NCBI GenBank assembly: GCA_041694275.1
Contig: JASMTQ010000042.1
Span: 1,812-65,811, forward strand
Source: Bacillales bacterium
GTDB taxonomy: Bacteria > Bacillota_I > Bacilli_A > Izemoplasmatales > Izemoplasmataceae
Reading direction: 5' to 3'
Length of the DNA stretch: 64,000 bases
The notes beneath the pieces were generated by a model. It saw only the letters and a program-made list of their open reading frames with translations, did no database searches and was not told the origin of the DNA. Of the stretch, positions 21,953-31,922 are shown one piece after another. Numbering within the stretch: position 1 is the stretch's first letter; each line of letters starts with the position of its first letter. The position numbers and the translations under genes are program-made.

Positions 21953-23119
21953 ATGAAAACAAGAATTGATAATGCAAAAATCATTACGCCTGAAAAGGTT
22001 TTGGACAATCACTCCCTTGTTTTGGAAAATGGGGTTTTCAAGGGTATTGTACCATCAACAAACCTTGTAAAGGTCCAAAAAGTCCTAGACGCGAACGGGG
22101 CTTACCTGGCACCGGGGCTTTTCGACATTCATCAGCATGGCAATTCCGGGCATGATGTGATGGATGCCTCGCCAGAAGCACTGGAAAGCATTGCAGCCTA
22201 CAACCTGGAAAATGGTGTGACCAGTTTTCTTGCCACGGTCATGACGGCTTCTGATGCTTCCATGCGCAAGGCCATTGAGAATGTAGTTGATTTTTCTGAT
22301 CATCAGACGTTTGAAGATGCACTCGCAAAAATCGAAGGAATTTATCTAGAGGGGCCCTTCTTCAGCGAAACCAAAAGAGGCGCCCAGCCAAAACTTGATC
22401 TGAGGCTTCCTGATAGACAGTTGTTAAAAGACTATCTTGATATTTCCAAAGGACTCATCAAGGCAGTCTCCTTCGCACCTGAGATGAACAATGCCGGGGA
22501 TGTTATCAATCTTCTTAAGGATCGACATGTTGTCGGCGCAATCGGACATACGGATGCTACGTTTGATGAGACTCTTGATTCGATAGAAAAGGGAATGACA
22601 CTTGCAACGCACATGTTCAACGGTATGCGGGGTTTTTCCCACCGAGAACCAGGCGCCCTTGGTGCAATCTTGCATGATGAGAGGGTTTATGGAGAACTCA
22701 TTGTGGATAACGTTCATCTTCATCCGGTTGCGGTCGATTTTGCCTTAAGAACCAAGGGTGTGGAAAAAATAGTGCTTATAAGCGATGCCATCCGCGCAGC
22801 GGGACTTGAAGATGGTAACTATGAACTTGCGGGACAGACTGTGAACGTTCAAAAGGGCAGGGCGACATTACCAGATGGAAGACTCGCCGGTTCCACTCTT
22901 GAGCTTCTAAGCGCTGTCAGGACCATGATTGAAAAGCACTTTGTATCTGTTCACGATGCGTTCAACATGGCGTCGCTCAATCCAGCCAGGGCGTTGAAAA
23001 TGGATAAGTCCATAGGCAGTATTGAAACGGGTAAACGTGCGGATTTTCTATTTCTTGGGGAAACATTCACCGTTAAAAGCGTTTATAAATCCGGCATGGA
23101 AGTGTATAGAAAGACATGA
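21953..23119 (+). CDS. nagA: N-acetylglucosamine-6-phosphate deacetylase
   Basis: Metal-ligand motifs DIHQHG, IGHTDAT and HMFNGM. The ATG at 21953 follows GAGGTGAG. Confidence 0.9.
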   Translation: MKTRIDNAKIITPEKVLDNHSLVLENGVFKGIVPSTNLVKVQKVLDANGAYLAPGLFDIHQHGNSGHDVMDASPEALESIAAYNLENGVTSFLATVMTASDASMRKAIENVVDFSDHQTFEDALAKIEGIYLEGPFFSETKRGAQPKLDLRLPDRQLLKDYLDISKGLIKAVSFAPEMNNAGDVINLLKDRHVVGAIGHTDATFDETLDSIEKGMTLATHMFNGMRGFSHREPGALGAILHDERVYGELIVDNVHLHPVAVDFALRTKGVEKIVLISDAIRAAGLEDGNYELAGQTVNVQKGRATLPDGRLAGSTLELLSAVRTMIEKHFVSVHDAFNMASLNPARALKMDKSIGSIETGKRADFLFLGETFTVKSVYKSGMEVYRKT

Positions 23120-23159
23120 AAAAAGCGCGAATCGCCATGAGACAGGCGTCGCGCTTTTT
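23120..23159. terminator. bidirectional intrinsic terminator between convergent nagA and the metal ABC operon
   Basis: AAAAAGCGCGA-atCGCC-loop-GGCG-TCGCGCTTTTT, with an A-tract on one side and a T-tract on the other. Confidence 0.8.
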
Positions 23160-23161
23160 GT

Positions 23162-24049
23162 TTAGGACTGTTTTTCTTTGAGCGATCGGCTCAAGATGAA
23201 TTTTTTCACCATGATGACCACAACGAGTATCGTTATATTGAAAAGCACGATGGTGGCACCGGATGGGATTGAGAATATGTAAGAAAACCATAAGCCCAGA
23301 ATAACTGCGGTTTCTGAAAAGATAATCGCGAGGGCAAGTGTACTTTTGAAGCTGCGTCCTACTTTCATTGCGGTTGCGACGGGGATGATCATCAGACTTC
23401 CTACAAGCAGAACGCCAACGGTTTCAATCGCGAGACTCACGATGATCCCGAGGAGGATTGTGGTGACGATTTGAAATTTTCGAACTGAAATGCCAAGCAG
23501 TCTTGCGTACGCTTCATCAAAGCTTACGATGACTATTTTCTTATAGAAGATAATGACCAGTGCGAGGACCACCAGTGTCACCAGCGAAATGATGATGACG
23601 AAGTTTCTTCCTACTGTAAGAATGCTTCCAAAAAGGTAGTTGTACACACTTGAATTGAACCCACCCGAAAGTGAGATGAATAGTGCACTAAGAGCGGTAC
23701 CGATACTTATGACGATTGGCATCGAGATTTCCTTATAGTTTTTATAGTAGCCCCTAAGCACTTCAATCAAAAGCGCCCCGATGATCCCAAACATCATGCC
23801 AATGTAAAGAGGATCGCCTATGGGCAGAGATAGAATGTTTATGAAATACATTCCAATCGCAAGGCCTGCGAGCGAGAAGTGAGACAGGGTATCCGCAATA
23901 AGACTCAGACGCTTGATTACTACGAAAGCGCCGATTAGTGGCGCCAGAAATCCGATAAAAACACCTGTAATTAATGCCAACTGCATGAATTCTCTTTCAA
24001 TCAGTGCACGCAGAAAGCTTGATGCAAGAATTAATGGTTCCATCTCCAT
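23162..24049 (-). CDS. ABC-3 family metal (Zn/Mn-type) transporter permease
   Basis: 295 aa, about 8-9 hydrophobic helices, ZnuB/MntB/TroC-like. TAATG overlap with the upstream ATPase gene. Confidence 0.8.
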   Translation of the reverse strand: MEMEPLILASSFLRALIEREFMQLALITGVFIGFLAPLIGAFVVIKRLSLIADTLSHFSLAGLAIGMYFINILSLPIGDPLYIGMMFGIIGALLIEVLRGYYKNYKEISMPIVISIGTALSALFISLSGGFNSSVYNYLFGSILTVGRNFVIIISLVTLVVLALVIIFYKKIVIVSFDEAYARLLGISVRKFQIVTTILLGIIVSLAIETVGVLLVGSLMIIPVATAMKVGRSFKSTLALAIIFSETAVILGLWFSYIFSIPSGATIVLFNITILVVVIMVKKFILSRSLKEKQS

Positions 24050-24714
24050 TACTCATCCCCTCCCAGTGCCACTTCACTAATGTTCTTCATGGATGCTTCG
24101 CCATCTTTGATCCACATTGCATGGGAGAAGTTGGCTTTGCTGGAATTGAGGTCATGAGAAATAAGCATGATGGTGACGCCTTTGTTGTTAAGTTCATTGA
24201 CCACCTGGTAAAAGCGGTCTGTATTGTCCTGATCAACTCCGACGGTTGGTTCGTCCAATATGAGCAGGGAGGGATGATTCATAAGCGCTCTCGCGATGAA
24301 CACCCTTTGCATCTGACCGCCTGATAAAGTGTTGATGTTTTCATTTTGTAGTCTAAGGATACCAAGCTTGTCCATGATTTCGAGTTTTTCGTCTTCATCT
24401 GCCTTGGTAAGCTTGGTTACGTTAAGGATTTCGTTCACTGTTATTGGAAATTCGTAGTTGAAATCGTCAAATTTCTGTGGAACATAACCAATCCTGATCC
24501 ACTCGTTAAAATCGTTGATTTCAATACCATTTAAAAAAATCTTTTCATCAGGAACCCGGTTGATACCGAGCAGACATTTGACCAAAGTGGATTTCCCACT
24601 GCCATTTTGACCGACAATCACTAAAAAATCGCCGCTTTCAATGGAAAAAGAGACGTTTTTGAGAACGGTTCTATAATCATAGCCAAAAGAGAGATTGTCT
24701 ACGTCAATTCGCAT
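24049..24714 (-). CDS. metal ABC transporter ATP-binding protein
   Basis: Walker A GQNGSGKST, LSGGQMQR, Walker B LLILDEP. 221 aa. Confidence 0.88.
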   Translation of the reverse strand: MRIDVDNLSFGYDYRTVLKNVSFSIESGDFLVIVGQNGSGKSTLVKCLLGINRVPDEKIFLNGIEINDFNEWIRIGYVPQKFDDFNYEFPITVNEILNVTKLTKADEDEKLEIMDKLGILRLQNENINTLSGGQMQRVFIARALMNHPSLLILDEPTVGVDQDNTDRFYQVVNELNNKGVTIMLISHDLNSSKANFSHAMWIKDGEASMKNISEVALGGDE

Positions 24715-24841
24715 GTTACGTCCACCCCTAAATGTGTCTTCACTAATTATAACACAAGTGGGCGTCCATTCTTAAATTCGTATTTAAAAAACACTGAAAA
24801 TGTGCGATAATACATTAGTAGAAAAAAAGGAGTGGAAGCCC

Positions 24842-25465
24842 GTGACAAAGAAATTCATTACATTCGAAGGCCCTGAAGGCTCCGGAAAAACATCGATACT
24901 TAAGGCCGTCGAAGAAACCCTTAGAAACAAGGGTGTTGACGTACTTACAACCCGAGAACCGGGTGGAATCAGAATCTCTGAAATGATTAGAAATCTTATT
25001 CTTGATGTTGATAATAAAGAAATGGACGCTCGTACCGAGGCTTTGCTTTATGCCGCAGCAAGGCGTCAACACATGGTCGAAAAGATTTGGCCGGCTCTGA
25101 AAGCAGGAAAACTTGTTCTCTGTGACCGTTTTATCGACAGTTCGCTTGCTTACCAGGGGGCCGGTAGAAAGCTCGGTATCGACAATATATACTCACTGAA
25201 TCGCTTTGCGATAGAAGACACGATGCCCGATCTTACATTCTTCATCGACGTTCCTCCGAGTGTGGGACTCGACAGAGTATTTGACAACGCAAGGGAAATG
25301 GACCGTCTGGATCTTGAAAGCATTCAGTTTCACACCAAGGTGTATGAAGGCTATCAGGAAATCATCAAAAGACATCCTGAGCGCATTCGAGTCATCAATG
25401 GCAACAAACCCATAGAAGAAGTCGTGAAAGACGTACTTGATGTTCTTGAAAAAGAACTTGATTAA
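24842..25465 (+). CDS. tmk: thymidylate kinase
   Basis: From the GTG at 24842, 9 nt after AAGGAG: VTKKFITFEGPEGSGKTS P-loop and DRFIDSSLAYQG motif. The track ORF starts at 24800. Confidence 0.93.
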   Translation: MTKKFITFEGPEGSGKTSILKAVEETLRNKGVDVLTTREPGGIRISEMIRNLILDVDNKEMDARTEALLYAAARRQHMVEKIWPALKAGKLVLCDRFIDSSLAYQGAGRKLGIDNIYSLNRFAIEDTMPDLTFFIDVPPSVGLDRVFDNAREMDRLDLESIQFHTKVYEGYQEIIKRHPERIRVINGNKPIEEVVKDVLDVLEKELD

Positions 25466-25476
25466 AAGGTGATAAT

Positions 25477-26469
25477 ATGGATTATGAAGCGCTGAAAGAC
25501 GCACAAAAAACCGCTATTGACTTCTTGGAAAGAAGTTATAAGAACAGCCGACTCTCTCATGCCTATATTTTTGAAGGCCATGCGGGTACCATGAAACTGG
25601 AAACGGCTCTTTTTTTTGCGTCCATGCTTCTATGCACTGACAAGGATTCCCATCTTCCATGCGGTACTTGCAACAACTGTATGCGTGTGGCGCACATGAC
25701 CCATCCGAATTTGCATATTGTTGAACCTTCAAAAAAACAGATTGTCAAAGACGATATCAAGGCGCTTCAGCACGATTTCAACCGGACAGCCCTTGAAGAA
25801 GGTGCCAAGGTTTATATCATCAATCATGCCAATAAACTGAACGCCCATGCGGCAAATTCACTTCTCAAGTTTCTTGAAGAACCCCATGAGGACATATATG
25901 GCATTTTGATTACTGATGATACTTCACATTTGCTACCGACACTTGTTTCAAGATCCCAGATAGTCCCTTTTCACCCACTCCCCGAATCCTCGATTGAACA
26001 GGCACTTTTGGACCTTGGGTATGAACAGTCCGCTTCAAGGCTTGCCTCAAGACTTAAAAACACCATTGAAGAAGCTCAGGAGTATCTGGAAGATGAAAAC
26101 ATCCACGATATCATCGAGGCGGCTGGTGAAGTCTATGAATCATTGCTTAGTGAAGGCACGGCACTAAGTCAGTTCGAAGAAACCCTTGAGACGGTTCTCA
26201 ACTACGATGCGGAAAAAGTACTGGATGTCTTCATTCACTACCAAAAAGACTTGATTTATGGTAAAATAAACAATCAAGGTGATGTGGTTTTCGCAGAGTC
26301 TGCGGATATAACCAAAAGCCTTAGTGAGCGCTATGAACTCAAGGATTTGCTTACGCTTTTACAACGCTTCATGTCAGTCAAGGCATCCCTTGCTTATTAC
26401 ATCAATATAAGACTTGCCCTTGACAATGTCATGCTTGAACTTGAAAGAAGGCTAGCCGATGGAAAATAA
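25477..26469 (+). CDS. holB: DNA polymerase III subunit delta'
   Basis: SHAYIFEG, zinc module CGTCNNC, and the tmk-holB-yaaT synteny. Confidence 0.9.
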   Translation: MDYEALKDAQKTAIDFLERSYKNSRLSHAYIFEGHAGTMKLETALFFASMLLCTDKDSHLPCGTCNNCMRVAHMTHPNLHIVEPSKKQIVKDDIKALQHDFNRTALEEGAKVYIINHANKLNAHAANSLLKFLEEPHEDIYGILITDDTSHLLPTLVSRSQIVPFHPLPESSIEQALLDLGYEQSASRLASRLKNTIEEAQEYLEDENIHDIIEAAGEVYESLLSEGTALSQFEETLETVLNYDAEKVLDVFIHYQKDLIYGKINNQGDVVFAESADITKSLSERYELKDLLTLLQRFMSVKASLAYYINIRLALDNVMLELERRLADGK

Positions 26470-27301
26470 AGTAGTCGGAATCCGGTTTAAACAAGCCGGT
26501 AAAAAATATTATTTTGATCCAAAAGACATGGAACTTCCCTTTGGAAGCGAAGTGGTTGTCGAGACTGTCAGAGGTCTTGAAATCGGAGAGGTCATTGAAG
26601 AGGCGAAACGCATCGATGACGCTGATTTGCACGGGACCCTCAAACCGGTCCTGAGAATTGCCACGGAGAAAGATTTGAACAAACGCTACAAAAACCAACA
26701 GGATATTCCGAATGTGCTTTCTGTATGCAAACAATTCATCTCGAAACACAAGCTTCAGATGAAACTGCTTGATGCCGAATACATGCTGGACCGGTCGAAA
26801 CTCGTGGTGTATTTCACTGCAGAAGGACGCGTGGATTTCAGAGAACTCGTCAAAGATCTCGCAAACGAGTTTCACGTTCGAATTGAACTTCGCCAGGTAG
26901 GGGCCAGAGATGGTGCCAAGTTCATCGGCGGCATTGGACCGTGTGGCTACTTGCTATGCTGCAACACCTTCCTCGGTGAATTTGAAACGGTATCAATCAG
27001 AATGGCCAAAAATCAAAGTCTTTCTCTTAACCCCACCAACATTTCAGGGCTTTGTGGAAAACTTCTTTGCTGTATTCGCTATGAAAACGAAACCTACATC
27101 GAACATAGAAAAGAACTCCCGAAAATGATGAGCAAAGTAGAAACGACCGAAGGTATGGGCACTGTCATATCCGTCAACGTACTAGAAAAACGCGTAAAAG
27201 TCCGTCTTCCTGAAAATGTCGTCAGTGAGTTCGATGTGGACGAGCTTGTCTCGATAAAAGAATACGATCAGTTGGAACATGTCAACAAATCAGATACCTG
27301 A
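26459..27301 (+). CDS. ricT: PSP1-domain protein YaaT/RicT
   Basis: PSP1 C-terminal domain with Cys clusters GPCGYLLCC and GLCGKLLCC. Bacillus-like position after holB. Confidence 0.88.
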   Translation: MENKVVGIRFKQAGKKYYFDPKDMELPFGSEVVVETVRGLEIGEVIEEAKRIDDADLHGTLKPVLRIATEKDLNKRYKNQQDIPNVLSVCKQFISKHKLQMKLLDAEYMLDRSKLVVYFTAEGRVDFRELVKDLANEFHVRIELRQVGARDGAKFIGGIGPCGYLLCCNTFLGEFETVSIRMAKNQSLSLNPTNISGLCGKLLCCIRYENETYIEHRKELPKMMSKVETTEGMGTVISVNVLEKRVKVRLPENVVSEFDVDELVSIKEYDQLEHVNKSDT

Positions 27302-28031
27302 AGAGGTGGTCAATGATCTTCTTGGGTTTGATGGACTCAAGATTATTCAAAGACCCGACATGCTTAATTTTTCCATTGATTCCATCCTTGTGGCTGACTT
27401 TGCCAATCTTACATCGAAAATCAGGCGTGTCGTAGATGTTGGCACGGGGCTTGGCCCTATTCCACTTTTTCTGAGTGCAATGGATCCCTCGGTTCACATT
27501 ACTGGATTTGAAATTCAAAAGGATGTTGCAGACCTTGCGGCTAGAAGTGTTCGATTGAACAAGCTGGAAGCAAGAATTGATATAATCAACGAGGATTTCA
27601 AGCACGCTTTAAAGGTGTTGAACCCAACAAGTATCGACATGGTCCTTTCCAACCCTCCGTTTTTCAAATACAAGAAAGACGCGAATGTGTCATTGAGCGA
27701 TTACAAGAAACTGGCGAGCCACGAAATCGCCATCGACATGGAGACCATCATAAAAGAGTCGAAAAGAATTCTCAAGGACAAAGGCAGGCTTGTTTTGATT
27801 CAAAGAGTGGATAGACTTGAAGAAATGGTTCTTCTGCTTAACGAGTACCGTTTCAGCGTCAAGCGCATGCGTTTTGTACACCCAAGAGAAAATCAAAGCG
27901 CCTACATGGTCCTCATTGATGCCGCAAACAACTCAAAAGGCAATACGGAAGTGCTTCCGCCATTATACGTCCATGAAACGAACAGTGAAGACTACAGCGA
28001 CGAAATACTGAGAATTTTCAGAAGAAGGTGA
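27279..28031 (+). CDS. SAM-dependent tRNA (adenine-N6)-methyltransferase, YabB/TrmN6-like
   Basis: NPPF motif (LSNPPFF) and SAM-binding VVDVGTGLG. The start could also be the GTG at 27306. Confidence 0.8.
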   Translation: MSTNQIPEEVVNDLLGFDGLKIIQRPDMLNFSIDSILVADFANLTSKIRRVVDVGTGLGPIPLFLSAMDPSVHITGFEIQKDVADLAARSVRLNKLEARIDIINEDFKHALKVLNPTSIDMVLSNPPFFKYKKDANVSLSDYKKLASHEIAIDMETIIKESKRILKDKGRLVLIQRVDRLEEMVLLLNEYRFSVKRMRFVHPRENQSAYMVLIDAANNSKGNTEVLPPLYVHETNSEDYSDEILRIFRRR

Positions 28032-28035
28032 CCGT

Positions 28036-28893
28036 ATGAAACGTACATCAAGTTTTTTAGGAGAGACGGCGAAACTTTATCTTGTAGCCACTCCAATCGG
28101 GAACCTCGAAGACATGACGTATAGAGCCGTAAGGATTTTAAACAGCGTTGATGTCATTTATGCCGAAGATACCAGAACGAGCGGACAGCTACTAAAGCAC
28201 TACGAGATAACGACGCATATGAAAAGTTTTCACAAACACAACGAGTCATCGAAACGGCGTGAAATCATAAGCGAGCTTGAAAGTGGTAAGTCAATCGCGC
28301 TCATCAGTGATGCGGGAACTCCGCTTATAAGCGACCCTGGAGAAACACTTGTAGAGGCTGTGGCGGATGAAGGCTACAGTGTCGTCCCAATCCCGGGAGC
28401 GTCCGCTTCAATCACGGGTCTCATCGTATCGGGACTAAGACCGCATCCTTATCTTTTCTATGGGTTTCTTCCTTCTAAAAGCACGCAAAGAGAAACCGCC
28501 CTCAAAAATCTCAGATGGCTGCCTTATACACTCGTGTTCTATGAAAGTCCACACCGTATCACGTCCATGATTGAATCCATGAAAACCGTGTTTGACAACC
28601 GGCGCATCGTCATTGCGCGTGAACTCACCAAGCACTTTGAAGAAGTCATCCGTTTCGAACTCGATGAATCGGTTGATCTAAGCGACTTGAAAGGTGAAAT
28701 GGTCGTGGTGGTCGAAGGGTTTGAGGATGATAGCACCCTTGGCAAGGATACACTCATTGATCGCATTGAGCTTCTCATGGAAGACGGAGTCAGCGAAAAA
28801 GACGCCATCAAGCAGGTGGCTCACGAGGAAAATGTAAAGAAAAACATGGTCTATATGACCTATCAGACATATAAAAAACAGTTCAAGAATTAA
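28036..28893 (+). CDS. rsmI: 16S rRNA (cytidine1402-2'-O)-methyltransferase
   Basis: YLVATPIGNLEDMTYRA... tetrapyrrole-methylase-like fold; YabC position. Confidence 0.9.
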   Translation: MKRTSSFLGETAKLYLVATPIGNLEDMTYRAVRILNSVDVIYAEDTRTSGQLLKHYEITTHMKSFHKHNESSKRREIISELESGKSIALISDAGTPLISDPGETLVEAVADEGYSVVPIPGASASITGLIVSGLRPHPYLFYGFLPSKSTQRETALKNLRWLPYTLVFYESPHRITSMIESMKTVFDNRRIVIARELTKHFEEVIRFELDESVDLSDLKGEMVVVVEGFEDDSTLGKDTLIDRIELLMEDGVSEKDAIKQVAHEENVKKNMVYMTYQTYKKQFKN

Positions 28894-28907
28894 GTAGGAG
28901 TGATTTC

Positions 28908-30842
28908 ATGAAAAAAACATACTATGTAACGACCCCGATTTACTACCCAAGTGGCAAACTGCATATCGGAAACACCTATACCACCGTCCTTTGTGACGCT
29001 CTCAGACGCTATAAGGACTTAAGAGGCTATGACACCTATTATCTGACCGGTATGGACGAACACGGCAAGAAGATTGAAACCGTTGCTCAGGCAAATGATG
29101 TTTCTCCGATTGAGCATGTGGATGAAATGGCAAGACAGACCCGTGAACTCTGGGACCGTCTGCGCATTTCATACGATGACTTCATCCGGACTACTGAAAA
29201 GCGCCACAAAACGGTCGTTCAGAAGATATTTGAACGCCTTCTTGACCAGGGCGATATCTATCTTGGTACGTACAGTGGCTATTACTGCATGCACTGCGAA
29301 TCCTTCTTCACTGAAAGTCAGCTTGAAGAAGGCAAGACCTGCCCCGACTGCGGCCGTGAAGTTTCCTGGCTCGAAGAGGAAAGCTATTTCCTGAAACTTT
29401 CCAAATACCAGGACAAATTGCTTGAATTCATCGAAAACAATCCTGATTTCATCACTCCTGAATCCAGACGAAACGAAGTGCTTTCTTTTATCCGCCAGGG
29501 CCTTAACGACCTGTCGGTATCCAGGACCACATTCGACTGGGGCATCAAGGTCATCAGTGACCCCAAACACGTTGTCTACGTATGGATCGACGCACTTTCA
29601 AACTATATCAGTGCGCTTGGGTATGGTACGGACAATGACGCCTTGTTTGAGAAGTACTGGAAAGGCGATGAAGTCGTACACGTCGTAGGAAAGGACATTC
29701 TCCGTTTCCACGCGATTTTCTGGCCGATCATGCTGATGGCGCTTGATATTCCAATTACCTTCAAGCTTCATGCCCACGGCTTTTACATGATGAAAGACGG
29801 AAAAATGAGCAAGTCAAAAGGCGGCGTCATCTATCCGGACACCCTTTTGAAACACTATGGACTTGATGAACTCAGATATTATCTTTTGAGAGAACTGCCA
29901 TACGGCGGAGACGGACTCTTTACACCAGAAACCTTCGTGGACAGAATCAACTTCGATCTCGCCAACGATTTTGGAAATCTCCTCAACAGAACCGTAACCA
30001 TGATCAACAAGTACTTCGGCGGGTCCGTATCCTACAACGAAAAGGCAAGCAGTCCTGTTGATGAGGATTTTGAAGCGGTGCTCAAAGAAACCCCTGAAGC
30101 CTACGCGGATAACATGGAAAACCTCAAAGTCTCACAGGCAATCAAGAGCCTTTGGCGCCTGATCTCAAGGACCAACAAGTACATCGATGAAACCACACCA
30201 TGGATTCTTGCGAAAGACGACAGCAAAAAGGACGAACTTGAAAACGTGCTTTATCATCTCAGTGATTCACTAAGACAAATCGGCGTCATGTTAAAACCAA
30301 TCCTTCTAGAAGCAAGCGACGCGCTCTTCAAGCAACTCGGTGTCGGGGAAGACAAACGGGACTGGGAAAGTCTTGTGTACGGAGCCCAGCCGACATTCAA
30401 CGTGGTCCACAAGGGCACGCCTTTGTTCCCGCGTCTTGATGTTGAAGACGAAGTCGAAAAACTCAAGAAAATCGTGCGAGGCGATGATGATACCCTTGAA
30501 AGCGGAGAAGAGGATCTGAACCTTGCCTCCATTGATGATTTCGCGAAACTCGATCTTCGTGTGGGTGAAATCAAGGCGGCCAAAGCGCATCCCAATGCGG
30601 ACAAACTGCTCGTACTCAAAGTGGACGCCGGAGAAAACAAGATGCGCCAGATTGTTGCAGGGATTGCCAAGCACTATGAACCAGATGCGCTTGTAGGTAA
30701 AAAAATCGTGATTATCCGCAATTTGGAGCCGGTCAACTTAAGAGGCGAAAAAAGCGAAGGGATGCTCCTTGCTGGCTCAGGGAAAAACCGCATGGAAATC
30801 CTTGAGGTCTCAAGTCTCAAGCCGGGCGATTCAATCAGTTAA
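28908..30842 (+). CDS. metG: methionine--tRNA ligase with C-terminal tRNA-binding domain
   Basis: HIGN (KLHIGNTY) and KMSKS motifs, plus a C-terminal Trbp111/EMAP-like domain (DLRVGEIKAAKAHPNADKLL). Confidence 0.96.
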   Translation: MKKTYYVTTPIYYPSGKLHIGNTYTTVLCDALRRYKDLRGYDTYYLTGMDEHGKKIETVAQANDVSPIEHVDEMARQTRELWDRLRISYDDFIRTTEKRHKTVVQKIFERLLDQGDIYLGTYSGYYCMHCESFFTESQLEEGKTCPDCGREVSWLEEESYFLKLSKYQDKLLEFIENNPDFITPESRRNEVLSFIRQGLNDLSVSRTTFDWGIKVISDPKHVVYVWIDALSNYISALGYGTDNDALFEKYWKGDEVVHVVGKDILRFHAIFWPIMLMALDIPITFKLHAHGFYMMKDGKMSKSKGGVIYPDTLLKHYGLDELRYYLLRELPYGGDGLFTPETFVDRINFDLANDFGNLLNRTVTMINKYFGGSVSYNEKASSPVDEDFEAVLKETPEAYADNMENLKVSQAIKSLWRLISRTNKYIDETTPWILAKDDSKKDELENVLYHLSDSLRQIGVMLKPILLEASDALFKQLGVGEDKRDWESLVYGAQPTFNVVHKGTPLFPRLDVEDEVEKLKKIVRGDDDTLESGEEDLNLASIDDFAKLDLRVGEIKAAKAHPNADKLLVLKVDAGENKMRQIVAGIAKHYEPDALVGKKIVIIRNLEPVNLRGEKSEGMLLAGSGKNRMEILEVSSLKPGDSIS

Positions 30843-30869
30843 AAAAGATTTTAAAAGTTAACAAAAGGT

Positions 30870-30898
30870 TTGACATTATAGGTCAAAACGTATATTAT
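30870..30898 (+). promoter_or_regulatory. promoter of rplM-rpsI
   Basis: TTGACA, 17 nt spacer, TATTAT. Confidence 0.6.
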
Positions 30899-30968
30899 AT
30901 ATGTCGGTACATTTTTAAGAATCTCCCTTGTAGCCCGACTATGAGAAGATAAATAGGAGGCTAGCATT
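30899..30968 (+). promoter_or_regulatory. possible L13 leader
   Basis: 70-nt leader with GTCGG...CCGAC pairing upstream of rplM. Firmicute L13 leaders are known, but I could not score the fit. Confidence 0.3.
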
Positions 30969-31406
30969 ATGAAAACAACTTACATGGCGAACAACCAAAG
31001 CGTTGATCGCAAATGGTACGTCGTCGACGCCAAAGGCAAAACCCTTGGTCGCTTATCCACTGAAGTGGCTACGGTTTTGAGAGGTAAACACAAACCCACA
31101 TTTACTCCACACGTGGATTGTGGCGACTACGTCATTATCACGAACGCAAAAGACATCACTCTGTCAGGCAGAAAATGGCAGGACAAGACATACCACAGAC
31201 ATTCACAGTATTCTGGTGGTTTCAAAACAATCACCGCTACTGAAATGAATCAAAAACATCCTACGCGCATGGTTGAACTTGCGGTCAAAGGGATGCTTCC
31301 AACAGGAAAGCTTGGACGTCAAATGTTCAAAAAACTTTTCGTCTACAGCGGAAGCGAACATCCTCACGCGGCACAACAACCAGAAGTGCTAGAGTTGAAA
31401 GGTTAG
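30969..31406 (+). CDS. rplM: 50S ribosomal protein L13
   Basis: [30 protein letters not shown]. Confidence 0.98.
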   Translation: MKTTYMANNQSVDRKWYVVDAKGKTLGRLSTEVATVLRGKHKPTFTPHVDCGDYVIITNAKDITLSGRKWQDKTYHRHSQYSGGFKTITATEMNQKHPTRMVELAVKGMLPTGKLGRQMFKKLFVYSGSEHPHAAQQPEVLELKG

Positions 31407-31418
31407 GAGGGTACGAAT

Positions 31419-31814
31419 ATGGCTAATGAAGTTAAATACCAAGGTCTTGGACGTAGAAAAAGCTCGGTTGCCCGTGTTACGCTCAAACCAGGAACCGGTA
31501 GCGTAATCGTTAACGGTCGCCCAATCGAACAATACATCCCATCCGCAGCCGTTCGTCTTGATGTTTTCCAACCGTTGGAACTCACTGACAACACCAAATC
31601 ATTCGATATTGTTATCAATGTGCAAGGTGGCGGAATCTCCGGTCAAGCGGGTGCCATTCGACTCGGAATTGCCCGTGCACTCCTCGAAGTGAACTCTGAC
31701 TACCGTAAGCCGCTCAAAAGCAAAGGACTCATTACACGTGATCCTCGTGCTGTTGAACGTAAGAAATACGGTCTGCGCAAAGCACGTCGTGCACCACAAT
31801 TCTCAAAACGTTAA
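31419..31814 (+). CDS. rpsI: 30S ribosomal protein S9
   Basis: C-terminal [17 protein letters not shown]. Confidence 0.98.
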   Translation: MANEVKYQGLGRRKSSVARVTLKPGTGSVIVNGRPIEQYIPSAAVRLDVFQPLELTDNTKSFDIVINVQGGGISGQAGAIRLGIARALLEVNSDYRKPLKSKGLITRDPRAVERKKYGLRKARRAPQFSKR

Positions 31815-31824
31815 TACCGCATTC

Positions 31825-31852
31825 AAAAAAAAGCACATTTGTGCTTTTTTTT
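31825..31852 (+). terminator. intrinsic terminator after rpsI
   Basis: AAGCAC-attt-GTGCTT followed by T8. Confidence 0.8.
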
Positions 31853-31866
31853 ATAGCTTTAGTTGC

Positions 31867-31895
31867 TTGCTCGAGGGCGCTAAACATACTATAAT
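31867..31895 (+). promoter_or_regulatory. promoter of gltX
   Basis: TTGCTC, 17 nt spacer, TATAAT. Confidence 0.5.
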
Positions 31896-31922
31896 GAATT
31901 GAATACCCTAAGGAGGCAAATC

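Noticed and set aside
24004-24324. 106-aa plus-strand ORF
   Set aside because: It is antisense to the ABC ATPase gene, whose Walker A, signature and Walker B motifs establish the coding strand.
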